Below are positions 1-9,975 of a stretch of 64,000 bases of DNA, in pieces (position 1 is the stretch's first letter; the number at the start of each line of letters is the position of its first letter). The position numbers were made by a program, and so were the translations under genes. Origin of the DNA: Fibrobacteria bacterium (GTDB lineage Bacteria > Fibrobacterota > Fibrobacteria > UBA11236 > JADFYW01); contig JBNKOC010000012.1 in NCBI GenBank assembly GCA_050294405.1, forward strand, positions 463,425 to 527,424, read 5' to 3'. The notes beneath the pieces were generated by a model. The model did not search any database and had not been told where the DNA came from. It was given only the letters and a program-made list of their open reading frames with translations.

Positions 1-8
1 GCCAGATT

Positions 9-2768
9 TTGCCTTTGGATTTTAACATTCGAAACGCACAGCTCTTCGAAAAAGGCCTGCGGGCAGAAGTGGAATCCAAAGACGGTTCCCAAATCAAAGG
101 CAATTTGACCTGGTCACCCAAATTGAGGGCGGAATTTAAGGGCAATGTTTCGGCTACCGAAAGCTGGATGACGGCCTGGACCAAAGACCATGTTCATTTT
201 AAAAAAGGAAAAGTGAACGCCGTTTTTGAAAATAAATTGTTAAAAATTTATACCTCCATTAATAAGGCCACTGCTTATGGAGCTGAGGGAGACAGTGTTT
301 TTGCCATTGTGGGAATTAGAAAAGATGGGCTTACTATTGATTCTGGGTTGGTGGAGTACAATGAGGTGCCCTGGAATGTAGAAGGTGAAATAAACTGGTT
401 GGCACCAAATCGGGATTTAAAATTTACGGCTTCTAACCCCAATTATGGCCGTGCCATTTATGTTATGCCGGATTTTAAATCCATGTCCGCTTCTGTTTCC
501 CGTCTTCATGGTGATAAAACTCCGTACCGCAAAATTGAAACACTTTATAAATACAAGCCTGTGGTAACGGGCATATATCAATGGGACCTGGCGGAAAAAA
601 CAGGAAAGACCGACCTTGTGGCACAAATCACATTGGAAGATAAATCTTTGGAACTGAATTTGGCAGCTCAGTGGGATAGCAGTTATTTAAATATGGATAA
701 CATGGCAGTAAAACTGAGAGGCCAAGAGCTCGTTGGCAGTGGGCGATTTAAATTGTTCGGGCAACATTATTACAATCTATACCCTTTTGAGGAGGAAAAA
801 CTGGAAACCGTTCAATTGAATTTTAAAAACCTCGATGTAGCTCCCTGGATTCTGGAGCAAAGCAAAGCTGAGTTGGAGCGTTTGGTTTTAAATGGGCAAT
901 TAACATATAACCCGCTGGAAAAACTTCATGGTGAAGTCCATTCCAGGGAAATCGCAATTCCAAAAATGGACAGCATTTTTCTTTTAACCGGGGTAAGCGC
1001 GGTTTTCAAGGGCAACAATTTAAAAGTAAAGGCCTATACGCAATCTGAGAAAATGAATATGTTAAACGACACTGTTAGCATTGATGTGGCCAATATTTTT
1101 TCCAAAAACACTTTAGTGGAAATGGAAATCGTTTCCCAGGATAGTTTGTTTGCCAACATGAGCGGCCACATGATTCGGGCAGAAGCTATTAAAGGGGAAT
1201 TAAAAATATGGGGGAATACCGCTTTGCCATTTGGGCACGGGCATTTGAGCGCTATTAATTCTACAGGTACATTTTATGTTCCTCTTAATAAAGAAAAGAG
1301 CGGTGATTTGTTGTTTGAAGGGCAGGTGGAAAAGGTGAAATTTAAAAGGCCTGAATTTGAACCCTTGTCTTTAAATGCCTTTTGGAGATTTGCAAATAAC
1401 AAACTATTGATTGAAAAAGCGGATATATACAACCCCGCTGGCGAGGCTATTGCAGCCACGGGGCAAATTAGTTGGCCTTTGCGTCTTAACATGAGCGCAG
1501 TAGCTCCCAAGTTTACCCTTCCCTTTGAAGATAACGGAAGTTTGTTACTGGAAAATTCGCAGGCCAGTTTAACTATGGATTCGGCCGGTATGTTAGTGAA
1601 TTGTGAATGGGAGAACGGCTTTTTCCAAAGGAAGAATGAAGTGATGGAGCTGCGGTTTAATACCCGGGGGAAAATTGATTATGAACTTCCCCGCGCCCAA
1701 AAGCAACGTATTCAAACCCGGAAAATCACAGGACAAATAGAAATCGAAGACAGTTACTTTATGCACAATACATTTGGAATGGCAAACTTCAGAAATTTTT
1801 TCAGGCCAGCCCGAAAAGGCCATTCCCGTAATTTAAAAAAGAGCCTGCCTTATGACATTCGGGTATTAGTGGAACTCAAAGGAGGGAATAATATTATCAA
1901 TACATCTTTATTGAGAACCAAACTAGAAGGCGAAGTTCAGGTTTTGGGGGGAACCCCTCAAATAACCGCGCGGGGAGAATTGACATCTTTAACGGGCCAG
2001 TTCGGGTTTAGCTCCCAGTTTTATAAAATCAACGACTTGTCTTTGCGATGGAACGATGACCCTTTAAAAGAGGGCTGGGTGGAATTGGCTGCCCAGAAAG
2101 TTTTGGCAAAAGATTGCCGAAACCCCGAATCGGATAGTTGCATTGTGGATATCAGATTGGCGGGGCCTTTTTCCAAGCCTGAATTTTCTTTTGATGGAAC
2201 ATGCGGCCAGGATTTAGGGCAGAATACAGACCCCATGGTGTTTTTAAATTCCATAGGCCGGGGATGTTTTGATCCCTTAAACTCCGGAGAGGCGGCAGCT
2301 TTTGTGTGGATGGAAGGCCAAATGAATAAATACGCCACCAGCGGAATTCGAAAGCTGAGTGGAAACACCATAAAAAATTTAAGGGTAAGTGGAACACGAA
2401 ATATTTTGAGAAATAAAAGCTATGAAGAAACATCAAACAATTCCGAGTTTCAGGATTACTCCTTTGAAGATGAATCCATTTCTCTGGAAATAGAAACGGC
2501 TGAAAAAAAAGGTTTTCGCTTAAGAGCCCGCTCCGGATACATACCCTACTCTACCACCTCAAACTGGGAGCACGAAGGTGCGGTGGAGTGGAGAATACCC
2601 AAGGAAGATAGTGTTTCCAGGGAAAAAAACTGGAAAGACAAACTGAGCCTGGAGTCCAAGTTAAAATCCACCCCTCTTTTGGAAACTGAATACGAAACCC
2701 AGGAAGAAGATGAGCTAAGGTTTCAATTTGGTGTGCGCTATAAATATGATTTTTGGGATCTCTGGTGA
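9..2768 (+). CDS. AsmA/TamB-family translocation-and-assembly-module protein, C-terminal 919 aa; 5' end outside the window
   Basis: ORF is open to the window start. Long beta-rich, repeat-like sequence with no TM segment. The C-terminus ends in an amphipathic aromatic strand (...RYKYDFWDLW). It overlaps by 16 nt with a downstream Omp85-family gene, the pairing expected for a TamB-TamA/BamA-like module. Assigned by family resemblance only. Confidence 0.45.
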   Translation: MPLDFNIRNAQLFEKGLRAEVESKDGSQIKGNLTWSPKLRAEFKGNVSATESWMTAWTKDHVHFKKGKVNAVFENKLLKIYTSINKATAYGAEGDSVFAIVGIRKDGLTIDSGLVEYNEVPWNVEGEINWLAPNRDLKFTASNPNYGRAIYVMPDFKSMSASVSRLHGDKTPYRKIETLYKYKPVVTGIYQWDLAEKTGKTDLVAQITLEDKSLELNLAAQWDSSYLNMDNMAVKLRGQELVGSGRFKLFGQHYYNLYPFEEEKLETVQLNFKNLDVAPWILEQSKAELERLVLNGQLTYNPLEKLHGEVHSREIAIPKMDSIFLLTGVSAVFKGNNLKVKAYTQSEKMNMLNDTVSIDVANIFSKNTLVEMEIVSQDSLFANMSGHMIRAEAIKGELKIWGNTALPFGHGHLSAINSTGTFYVPLNKEKSGDLLFEGQVEKVKFKRPEFEPLSLNAFWRFANNKLLIEKADIYNPAGEAIAATGQISWPLRLNMSAVAPKFTLPFEDNGSLLLENSQASLTMDSAGMLVNCEWENGFFQRKNEVMELRFNTRGKIDYELPRAQKQRIQTRKITGQIEIEDSYFMHNTFGMANFRNFFRPARKGHSRNLKKSLPYDIRVLVELKGGNNIINTSLLRTKLEGEVQVLGGTPQITARGELTSLTGQFGFSSQFYKINDLSLRWNDDPLKEGWVELAAQKVLAKDCRNPESDSCIVDIRLAGPFSKPEFSFDGTCGQDLGQNTDPMVFLNSIGRGCFDPLNSGEAAAFVWMEGQMNKYATSGIRKLSGNTIKNLRVSGTRNILRNKSYEETSNNSEFQDYSFEDESISLEIETAEKKGFRLRARSGYIPYSTTSNWEHEGAVEWRIPKEDSVSREKNWKDKLSLESKLKSTPLLETEYETQEEDELRFQFGVRYKYDFWDLW

Positions 2769-4654
2769 AAATAACTGTTAGCTTTTTTGTTTCTTTGATG
2801 TTGCTGACAGTTTTTTGTCTGGCAGACACGCCTAGCCTGCAAATGGAAGGAAATTACCATTTAAAATCCGGTAAAATAAAAAATCTGGCAGTGCTTCCAG
2901 AAGATATGGCCGACTCTTCCAGGGAATATATATACCAGTGGTTGGTGGAGTTCCAGGAAATATTGCTGCTGGAATATGAACGATTGGGCTTTTTCGGGGC
3001 TTATGTGGATGTAAAGCTCACAAAAGACAGCACCGGGGAAAATCTCCAGGGCCAGCTTCATATTATAATTGATGAAGGGGAGCGTTATAACTTTGGGAAA
3101 GTTGAATTAAAAACCCTGGATAATTCCATTCCCCTTGTACAAAAATCCGAATTAAAAATTCAGCCGGGTGAGCCTTATAACGGCAATTTCCCCCAAACTG
3201 ATTTGCGGTATATTAGGCGAAAATACGGGGAGCAGGGTTATGTGAAACGAATAATCAGGCAAACCTTTAACATAAATGACAGCCTAAAAAATGTGGATGT
3301 TATATATCAAATCGATCCAGGCTATGTGATGGTATTTGATACTCTGATTATCCACAATAAAAGAGAGGGCAAACAGTCTGAAAAACCAGGTCTTACCAAC
3401 ATACAAATGATTCAAAACCTGCTTAGCATTGAAAAAGGTGAAAAAGTAATGCTAAGTAAGTTGGGCCTGTTTAAATCCCGCTTAAAAAGCACCCAGAATT
3501 TTAATTACATCCGCTTGAGAGATAGTAGTTTAGTTCAGGGAAAGCCTGGAAGCGCTTTGATTCTGGATTTGGAAGAACGGGTGCCCGGAAGGTTAAACAG
3601 TTCCTTGTTTTGGGAATCCCAGGATGGGTTGGGAGTGGAAAGTATTTGGCAAAGGCGTAATTTGATGGGGAGGTTTTACGAGGGAAAAGCCTTATTAAGG
3701 TTGGCGCAGAGAAGGCAACGGGTATTGCTTGGTTTGGCCAACCCCCTTTTATTTGGATATAAACTCCGCCTTAGCAATGAGTTGGATATGAACTGGAGAC
3801 AAAATGCCGGATTAAATGATAATGAATCTATCTTTGAAGCGAATCTTTCCTCTTCTCTCATTAAGCCAATTTATCAAACCAAATTTATATCCCGTTTGGA
3901 ATTTGAAAGCACTCCTGAAAACAGCCAATCCGCTGTTAGCCCGGATGTTATTAGACTAGGCAGGGAACAGGTTATAAAACTTAACTTTATCCAATCCTGG
4001 GATGTGCCTTTGGTAGACAATGATTTTAACCCTAAAAAAGGAATGCGATTTAAATTCATTTGGGGAAATGGCGGAACGGTGGTTCAGGATGAGGTGTTTG
4101 CCATTTCCAGGCAACGGCACAACTGGTTGGAATTAAAAAACTCTTTTTATTACTCCTTGCCTAGCTACTTGATTTGGGCCTGGCGTTTTGATGTGGGCAG
4201 TTTTTTTAGCGAAGGGGGCGCCAACTCCCGACGGTTTTTTATGGGAGGCAGAAACAGCATTCGCAATCAGGATTTATGGGATGTATGCCCTGAGATAAAT
4301 GAAGTTATAACAGGTGATGATAACTTGGAACAAAACTGTAACTTGGACGTGGCTCCTTCTTATTTCTTAACTTCTTTTGAATTCAGGTTGGAATTATTCC
4401 AACTATTCTCTTTTGCCCAAAGCAGTAATTTGCGCTTTATGGAAAACCTCCAACTGGTTCCATTTTGGGACTACGGTCGAATTTGGAATATGGGGAACTC
4501 CTATAAATCGGGTGGAAGGGGAATGGATGTGGGCCTTGGCCTTAGAATTCCAGTGGTGATTTTTAATGTCCGACTGGACTACGCTGTAGGCTATAAGGCT
4601 GGGCTTCAATGGGACAAGTGGCGAATTCAGTTCGATTTGGCCCAGGCCTTTTAA
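2753..4654 (+). CDS. Omp85/BamA/TamA-family outer-membrane beta-barrel protein
   Basis: N-terminal signal peptide (MGSLVKITVSFFVSLMLLTVFCLA). 633 aa. The C-terminal residue is Phe (...FDLAQAF), typical of OMP beta-signals. Alternating-hydrophobic strand patterns in the C-terminal half. Overlaps the preceding TamB-like gene by 16 nt. Confidence 0.55.
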   Translation: MGSLVKITVSFFVSLMLLTVFCLADTPSLQMEGNYHLKSGKIKNLAVLPEDMADSSREYIYQWLVEFQEILLLEYERLGFFGAYVDVKLTKDSTGENLQGQLHIIIDEGERYNFGKVELKTLDNSIPLVQKSELKIQPGEPYNGNFPQTDLRYIRRKYGEQGYVKRIIRQTFNINDSLKNVDVIYQIDPGYVMVFDTLIIHNKREGKQSEKPGLTNIQMIQNLLSIEKGEKVMLSKLGLFKSRLKSTQNFNYIRLRDSSLVQGKPGSALILDLEERVPGRLNSSLFWESQDGLGVESIWQRRNLMGRFYEGKALLRLAQRRQRVLLGLANPLLFGYKLRLSNELDMNWRQNAGLNDNESIFEANLSSSLIKPIYQTKFISRLEFESTPENSQSAVSPDVIRLGREQVIKLNFIQSWDVPLVDNDFNPKKGMRFKFIWGNGGTVVQDEVFAISRQRHNWLELKNSFYYSLPSYLIWAWRFDVGSFFSEGGANSRRFFMGGRNSIRNQDLWDVCPEINEVITGDDNLEQNCNLDVAPSYFLTSFEFRLELFQLFSFAQSSNLRFMENLQLVPFWDYGRIWNMGNSYKSGGRGMDVGLGLRIPVVIFNVRLDYAVGYKAGLQWDKWRIQFDLAQAF

Positions 4655-5085
4655 ATCTTTATCCATGAGTTGGAAAGGAGCGCCCGGTTATTGGTATAAT
4701 TAAGAGATGGATTTTCGAAAGCCACAATACTTGACTTCAAAAGGTTTTAGTCGCAATCGAAAGGCTGCAGGGCTTGGCCCAAAATCAATAAAAGTTCCTT
4801 CAAAGGCAAGTCTCCCCCAAATTTTGGGAGGGAATCTTCCCCAAAAATCCGGTCTCAAAAAAGTTCAGATTTCCGAAGAAGCAGCTAAGCAAATCGCCAT
4901 GGTCATACGAACCATGCTGCGCAGTAAATAGGCATTTTTGGGTTAATTTTTAGCTTTAATTGCAAAAAATTTCCAATTCAGCACTTAAATCAGCCAAATT
5001 TTATTAAATAGTTTATGGGGAAGCGGGAATCCCCAGGATTTTAATATTTTTTTCAAATAGGTCTTTTTCATTTGCAATAACTGAG

Positions 5086-5646
5086 GTGTGTATGGATAAA
5101 GTCAAAATGAATATGTTTGCGCTTAAAAGCGGATTGATTTCAATTGTTTTCGGTCTTTTATTTTCTTCTTTGGCTTTTACTCAGGAAGATGATGGATCCG
5201 ATATGGAAGTTCCCGAAAGAGGGGGCACAGGCCAGGTAACAGTTATCACTACTCCTAGCAAGGCTAAAGTATACCTTGGGGGAGAAGAAATAGGAATAAC
5301 ACCCATTGAGGAAAAATCCTTTCCCAGTGGAAGACATGATTTAACCATTATGTTACAGGGCGAAGAATTGGTTAGCAAAAGGGTTAATGTTTGGCCTAAT
5401 AAAACCACTAAAATTGAAGAAACACTGGTGATGCCTTACGGGACTGTGATTGTATCCGGTGCACCAAACAACACCCGCATACAAATCGACGACGTGGATG
5501 TGGGCAAAACAGAAGGTGGTCCTTTAACTATTAATAATGTTCAGCAGGGCGATCACATTCTAAAAGCTTCCAGGGGCGCGAAAAAGCGCAAATATGATAT
5601 ATCCGTATCTGGTGAAGATACTACCGAAGTTAAAATCAAATTTTAA
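5086..5646 (+). CDS. secreted PEGA-domain protein; the real start is probably the Met at 5107
   Basis: Signal peptide (MNMFALKSGLISIVFGLLFSSLAFTQ). PEGA-like beta-sandwich motifs (VTVITTPSKAKVYLGGEEIGITP; GTVIVSGAPNNTRIQIDDVDVGKT). Confidence 0.5.
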   Translation: MCMDKVKMNMFALKSGLISIVFGLLFSSLAFTQEDDGSDMEVPERGGTGQVTVITTPSKAKVYLGGEEIGITPIEEKSFPSGRHDLTIMLQGEELVSKRVNVWPNKTTKIEETLVMPYGTVIVSGAPNNTRIQIDDVDVGKTEGGPLTINNVQQGDHILKASRGAKKRKYDISVSGEDTTEVKIKF

Positions 5647-6992
5647 TTGATTTCGTATTCCTTGACTTTATAAAGCAAGGAACGTCTGCTTATGCCAAGG
5701 TCCTCAGCGGCCTTGGTTTTGTTCCAACGGTGTTTTTCCAGCGCTTTTATAATTTCTTCTTTTTCATGAAGCTGTCGGTTTTTCTTTAATCCGGTGCTCT
5801 CTACTCCATTCTCTGAAACGGGATTTGATTCCGCTCCAGGTAAATCAAGTTGCAGGCCTAAATCTGCATCACCCAAAACCACAGCTCTTTCCACGGTATT
5901 TTCCAGCTCCCGAATATTTCCAGGCCAGTTATAACTAATTAACATCTGGATTTGCGCAGGGCTTAAGGAAAGCCGGCAATTGTACCTGTTATTAAAATTT
6001 TCCAGAAAGAAATTAGCCAAATCTGCAACATCTTCTTTTCTATCTCGCAAAGGGGGCAGTTGTATGGGAATAATATTCAAGCGATAGTATAAATCTTCCC
6101 TAAAGTTTCCCAACGCAATTTCTTCTTTTAAGTCTTTGTTGGTGGCTGCTACCAGCCTAAAATCAATGGGTATGGATTGGCTGGAGCCCAGGGGGTCGAT
6201 GGTTTTTTCCTGCAATACCCTTAACAATTTAACCTGGAGCTGTAAGGGCATTTCACCAATTTCATCCAGGAAAATGGTCCCTGTATTGGCTAGAGCAAAT
6301 TTGCCAGGCTTGCTGTCCAAAGCCCCGGAAAAGGCTCCCTTTTCGTGTCCGAACAATTCGCTTTCAATAAGGTTTTCAGGAATGGCTCCACAATTAATGG
6401 CAATAAAAGGATTTTTAGCACGGGAACTGTTCTCGTGAATGCATCGGGCGAATACTTCTTTTCCCGTTCCGCTTTCTCCTAATATCAATACATTTGAATC
6501 CGTAGCGGCCGCTTTTAAGGCAATATTCAAACTCTTTTGAAAACTTTGGGACTTTCCAATGATACCCGAGTTTTCTTTGGATAATTCGGGAGCCTGAAGT
6601 GGCTCGGTGCGCATGGATTTTTCTTTAATGAGCTTGGATACAATCGAGCGCACATTTGCATTTTCAAAAGGTTTGGATAAAAAATCCGAAGCCCCGCTTC
6701 TTAGGGCCGAAATGACTTTGTCCACTGATGTATGTGCTGTTATCATTAAAAACTTAATGTCGGGCTGTTCTTGCTTTACCTTGCTCAAAAATTCCAGTCC
6801 ATCCATTCCAGGCATTTGGATGTCGCAAACTACAACATCTAAATTTTCTTCCAGGACGAGTTGGGTGGCCTTGTCAGCGGATTCTGCGGTAAAAATTTTG
6901 TTTGCAAGTGGAGTGAGGGTGGCTGCCAGGATTTCTCTGATGTGGATTTCATCATCCACAATTAAAATATTTCCCTTAATAACTTCAGTCAT
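5643..6992 (-). CDS. sigma-54-dependent two-component response regulator (NtrC/AtoC family enhancer-binding protein)
   Basis: N-terminal receiver domain (ILIVDDE...DVVVCDIQMPGMDG). AAA+ sigma-54 activator domain with Walker A GESGTGKE and the GAFTGA-like motif ESELFGHEKGAFSGA. C-terminal Fis-type HTH (AAEDLGISRRSLLYKV). Confidence 0.9.
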   Translation of the reverse strand: MTEVIKGNILIVDDEIHIREILAATLTPLANKIFTAESADKATQLVLEENLDVVVCDIQMPGMDGLEFLSKVKQEQPDIKFLMITAHTSVDKVISALRSGASDFLSKPFENANVRSIVSKLIKEKSMRTEPLQAPELSKENSGIIGKSQSFQKSLNIALKAAATDSNVLILGESGTGKEVFARCIHENSSRAKNPFIAINCGAIPENLIESELFGHEKGAFSGALDSKPGKFALANTGTIFLDEIGEMPLQLQVKLLRVLQEKTIDPLGSSQSIPIDFRLVAATNKDLKEEIALGNFREDLYYRLNIIPIQLPPLRDRKEDVADLANFFLENFNNRYNCRLSLSPAQIQMLISYNWPGNIRELENTVERAVVLGDADLGLQLDLPGAESNPVSENGVESTGLKKNRQLHEKEEIIKALEKHRWNKTKAAEDLGISRRSLLYKVKEYEIN

Positions 6993-7034
6993 TCTTTACA
7001 TTGCCCCCAATAACATAATAAAGCCAAAATTCAA

Positions 7035-9113
7035 TTAACTTCCTTTTGGCAATTCCAAAATAAACCGGGTGCCCGGTTCCAGCGGCTCAAAATATAAGTC
7101 CCCCTTAAGGGCTTTGGCAATTTTCCGGGAAATTGAAAGGCCAAGACCGGTTCCAGTAGTGGATGTTGTGTAAAAGGGAGTAAAAATTTTGTTTCTATCT
7201 TCCTCGGGGATACCTATGCCATCGTCTTCCACGGCGATTTTTATTTTTGATCCCGCACTGTATAAATGTATCTGAACGGGATTTTTGGATTTTTGGAATC
7301 TTTGCGCATTTTGAGTCAAATTGAGCATAATTTGCTCCAATCCGTTTTCATCTGAAAGAATTTCCAATTGCTTTATTTTGCAGTTTAGCTGGAGAGGTTT
7401 TTCTTCGTTGAGATGGTTTTGCCTTTCCACAAACTTTTCCAACCAGGAAATTAAATCAAAAGCTTTTAGGGAGGATTGGAAGGGAGAAGAAAAATCCAAA
7501 AAACGTCTCACCACATGGTTCAAACGCGTGGCGTCTTTTAAAATAATTTCGATGAACCTATCTGAATTGGGAATGCCTTCCTTTAAAACCTGCGCGGCTC
7601 CATAAATGCCTCCCAGGGGGTTTTTAATTTCATGGGCCATTGTGGCAGCCATCATACCGACCTGGCTTAGGTGCTCTTTTTCCGACTGTTCTTTTAAGAG
7701 TTTTATTTGATGTAAATGATTCCCTAAAATATCGCTAATGGATGTTAGTATAGGCATAACAATAGTCCAGGATTCCGGGCGAAACCGGGATTGGGAAAAA
7801 ATAAGCAGGGCTGCTACCTCATTTCTCGCCTTGACCGGGATAATCAAATCTCTTTTTAGCCTGTCTAAGAGACGCAGGCCCATTAAAATTTTAAACTTTG
7901 GTTCAGGATTGTTATCCAGTCTCAACTCATTAATAACATTTCGCCTGGATAACATGGATTCCAGATTGGCATTGGCGAATAAATTTCGTTTTAAATTTTC
8001 CGGCAGGGGAGCGCCGATAACCTTATAATGTCTCCTCAAAAATTGGTCGTCTACTCTTTCAAATAAAATCCCTGTTCCATTTTCGTAGTCGAACTCTTTT
8101 TCCATTTCCTGGATAACGGTTTGCACCATTTTCTCTTCGGAATCCAATTGGCTTAATTGGGAAGATAAAGTGGTGTAAAAGTCTCTGAAGTAATAGCGCA
8201 CGGGAAAAAAACGTTTTCGGGTTTTTCGCAACACAAACAAATATACCGGAGTGAGAATAAAAACAAAAAAGGAAAATAAGGTAATTAGAGTGGAGCTGGA
8301 GGGAGAAATATCCAGTACCTGGATAACAAACATAGTGGCGTGGTATATGAAAAAACTTACAGTTATAACGGTTCCCAAATAAAGCGTCCACAAAATAGTG
8401 GACTTCACAATATCTGAGGCGGCGATAAAATTGAATCGATAAATGGCCCAGTAAAAAATACTCCCAAATACCAAAGGCGATAAATCGGCAATAGGATACA
8501 CCGGATACCCGTATATGCTTACAAATTCTAGACTTCCCAGGGAAAAACCGCATAAGGCGCCAAAAAAAATGGTGTTCACCTGTTTTTTTAAATGGGGGAC
8601 TTTGGCATAAAATTTAGGGATTAGTACAAATATGCCCAGTCCCATAAATAGGCCGAAAGTAAGCACGTATAGGAAATACCACTTGCTGGGATCTCTAAAA
8701 TAACCATAAGCTGTGGCGATATCGCCATTGGAAAGCACGCCTTTAATTTCCAGATAGATGAGTATAAAGGCACTAAGGTAACCTAAATAGGAGAGCCAAT
8801 TGAATATACCTTTGTCGCGAAAGGAAATTTGGCAAGCCAAACGAAAAAAGGTGCAGTAACAAAAGGTGATACCGGCGAAAGACAGGTTGGACCAAAAAAC
8901 AGTGTTGATGTAAATGGGAAAATCTGGAACCAGGGTTAAATTTTTAATTACTTTGCCGCCCTGCCAAACCACCATAGTAAAACTTAAAATGGCAAAATTT
9001 ATTCCGCCCCTTCGTTTATACTGAAAGGTTAAGAGGATAAAGAGGTAAAACGCAGAAATTGCGGAGAGTGAGGAAAATACCAGTTGCGGATATTTGAGAA
9101 AAAAGTCAATCAT
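7035..9113 (-). CDS. sensor histidine kinase with a polytopic (about 10-12 TM) N-terminal sensor domain
   Basis: Many hydrophobic helices in the first ~300 aa. C-terminal HisKA H-box (MAATMAHEIKNPLGGIYGAAQVL). HATPase_c G-boxes (DDGIGIPEEDRNKIFTPFYTT; GTGLGLSISRKIAKAL). Adjacent to, and co-oriented with, the sigma-54 response regulator. Confidence 0.85.
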   Translation of the reverse strand: MIDFFLKYPQLVFSSLSAISAFYLFILLTFQYKRRGGINFAILSFTMVVWQGGKVIKNLTLVPDFPIYINTVFWSNLSFAGITFCYCTFFRLACQISFRDKGIFNWLSYLGYLSAFILIYLEIKGVLSNGDIATAYGYFRDPSKWYFLYVLTFGLFMGLGIFVLIPKFYAKVPHLKKQVNTIFFGALCGFSLGSLEFVSIYGYPVYPIADLSPLVFGSIFYWAIYRFNFIAASDIVKSTILWTLYLGTVITVSFFIYHATMFVIQVLDISPSSSTLITLFSFFVFILTPVYLFVLRKTRKRFFPVRYYFRDFYTTLSSQLSQLDSEEKMVQTVIQEMEKEFDYENGTGILFERVDDQFLRRHYKVIGAPLPENLKRNLFANANLESMLSRRNVINELRLDNNPEPKFKILMGLRLLDRLKRDLIIPVKARNEVAALLIFSQSRFRPESWTIVMPILTSISDILGNHLHQIKLLKEQSEKEHLSQVGMMAATMAHEIKNPLGGIYGAAQVLKEGIPNSDRFIEIILKDATRLNHVVRRFLDFSSPFQSSLKAFDLISWLEKFVERQNHLNEEKPLQLNCKIKQLEILSDENGLEQIMLNLTQNAQRFQKSKNPVQIHLYSAGSKIKIAVEDDGIGIPEEDRNKIFTPFYTTSTTGTGLGLSISRKIAKALKGDLYFEPLEPGTRFILELPKGS

Positions 9114-9174
9114 ATGAGCAGGGAGTGGTTAATATAGAAACTCCCTTCTCAATAATAGCTTTATTAAGACTCCA

Positions 9175-9798
9175 TTAAAAATTAGGATGCAATCCGCACT
9201 CTCTTTTGTCCAAAACTTTGGTGGGATCAAAATAATTTTTAACTGAGGGTAAATTGTGCTCAGCTAAATAGGCCTCCATGTCTTCATGGGTCCAATTCAA
9301 AACAGGGCATACTTTTACCATGTCGTATTTTCCAGGGGATACGATGTCGAGCCCTTGGCGAAATTCTGTTTGGTCTTTTCTCAAGGCCGTAAGCCAGGCT
9401 TTTGGTTTAAGCTCCTGTAAACCTCTGTCAAAAGGTTCCAACTTGACTTCTTCGGTAAATTTATCGTGGAGTTCCTTTTTTTCAATTTGGGGAATTCCAC
9501 CATACAGCGCATCTCTATAACCCACGGTGGTTTTGGGAACGTATAGCTTAATATTAAGATTGAGCATTTCGATTAGCTTAAAGGCGCAGTTGTAAGTTTC
9601 TCTGGTATTGTAACCGTGATCGGCCCATAAGACTGGGATATCCTTTTTGGCCTGCACTGCCATATGCAACAATACAGCCTCTTGAGGGCGAAAATTAGTG
9701 GAAATAAAAATATCCTCGGAGTATTGGGAAACGGCCCAATTTACAATTTCCTGAGGGCTGGCTTTTGCCAATTTTTCATTTACTTCTGATAAATTCAT
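9175..9798 (-). CDS. cysH: phosphoadenosine-phosphosulfate (PAPS) reductase family protein, CysH-like
   Basis: PP-loop ATP-pyrophosphatase-like fold region (FISTNFRPQEAVLLHMA...). Conserved C-terminal ECGLH motif (KRECGLHPNF), characteristic of CysH-type sulfonucleotide reductases. Confidence 0.65.
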   Translation of the reverse strand: MNLSEVNEKLAKASPQEIVNWAVSQYSEDIFISTNFRPQEAVLLHMAVQAKKDIPVLWADHGYNTRETYNCAFKLIEMLNLNIKLYVPKTTVGYRDALYGGIPQIEKKELHDKFTEEVKLEPFDRGLQELKPKAWLTALRKDQTEFRQGLDIVSPGKYDMVKVCPVLNWTHEDMEAYLAEHNLPSVKNYFDPTKVLDKRECGLHPNF

Positions 9799-9975
9799 AA
9801 TGCTGTCCTTGTTAGATTAAGTAATTTATTATCCCAAAAGCATATCCTCAACCCTTAGGGCAGGAGAATAATCCAAATTGTCAAAAACAGGCAATTGGAC
9901 AAAGGGATAATTTTTTCCATTTTTGAAAGGGAATGAGGCAGGCCGGGCTTTATCTATCTTAAAAAGGGAACAAAC

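Noticed and set aside
4707-4931. 74-aa basic ORF in the 430-nt gap between the Omp85 gene and the PEGA gene
   Set aside because: Low-complexity, Lys/Ser/Gly-rich translation with no recognisable motif or ribosome-binding context. Could be a real small protein, but the evidence is insufficient. The gap more likely holds promoters for the flanking genes.
6136-7038. Plus-strand ORFs of 100 and 143 aa (6136-6438, 6607-7038) antisense to the sigma-54 response regulator gene
   Set aside because: Antisense to a strongly supported CDS, with no independent motif support.
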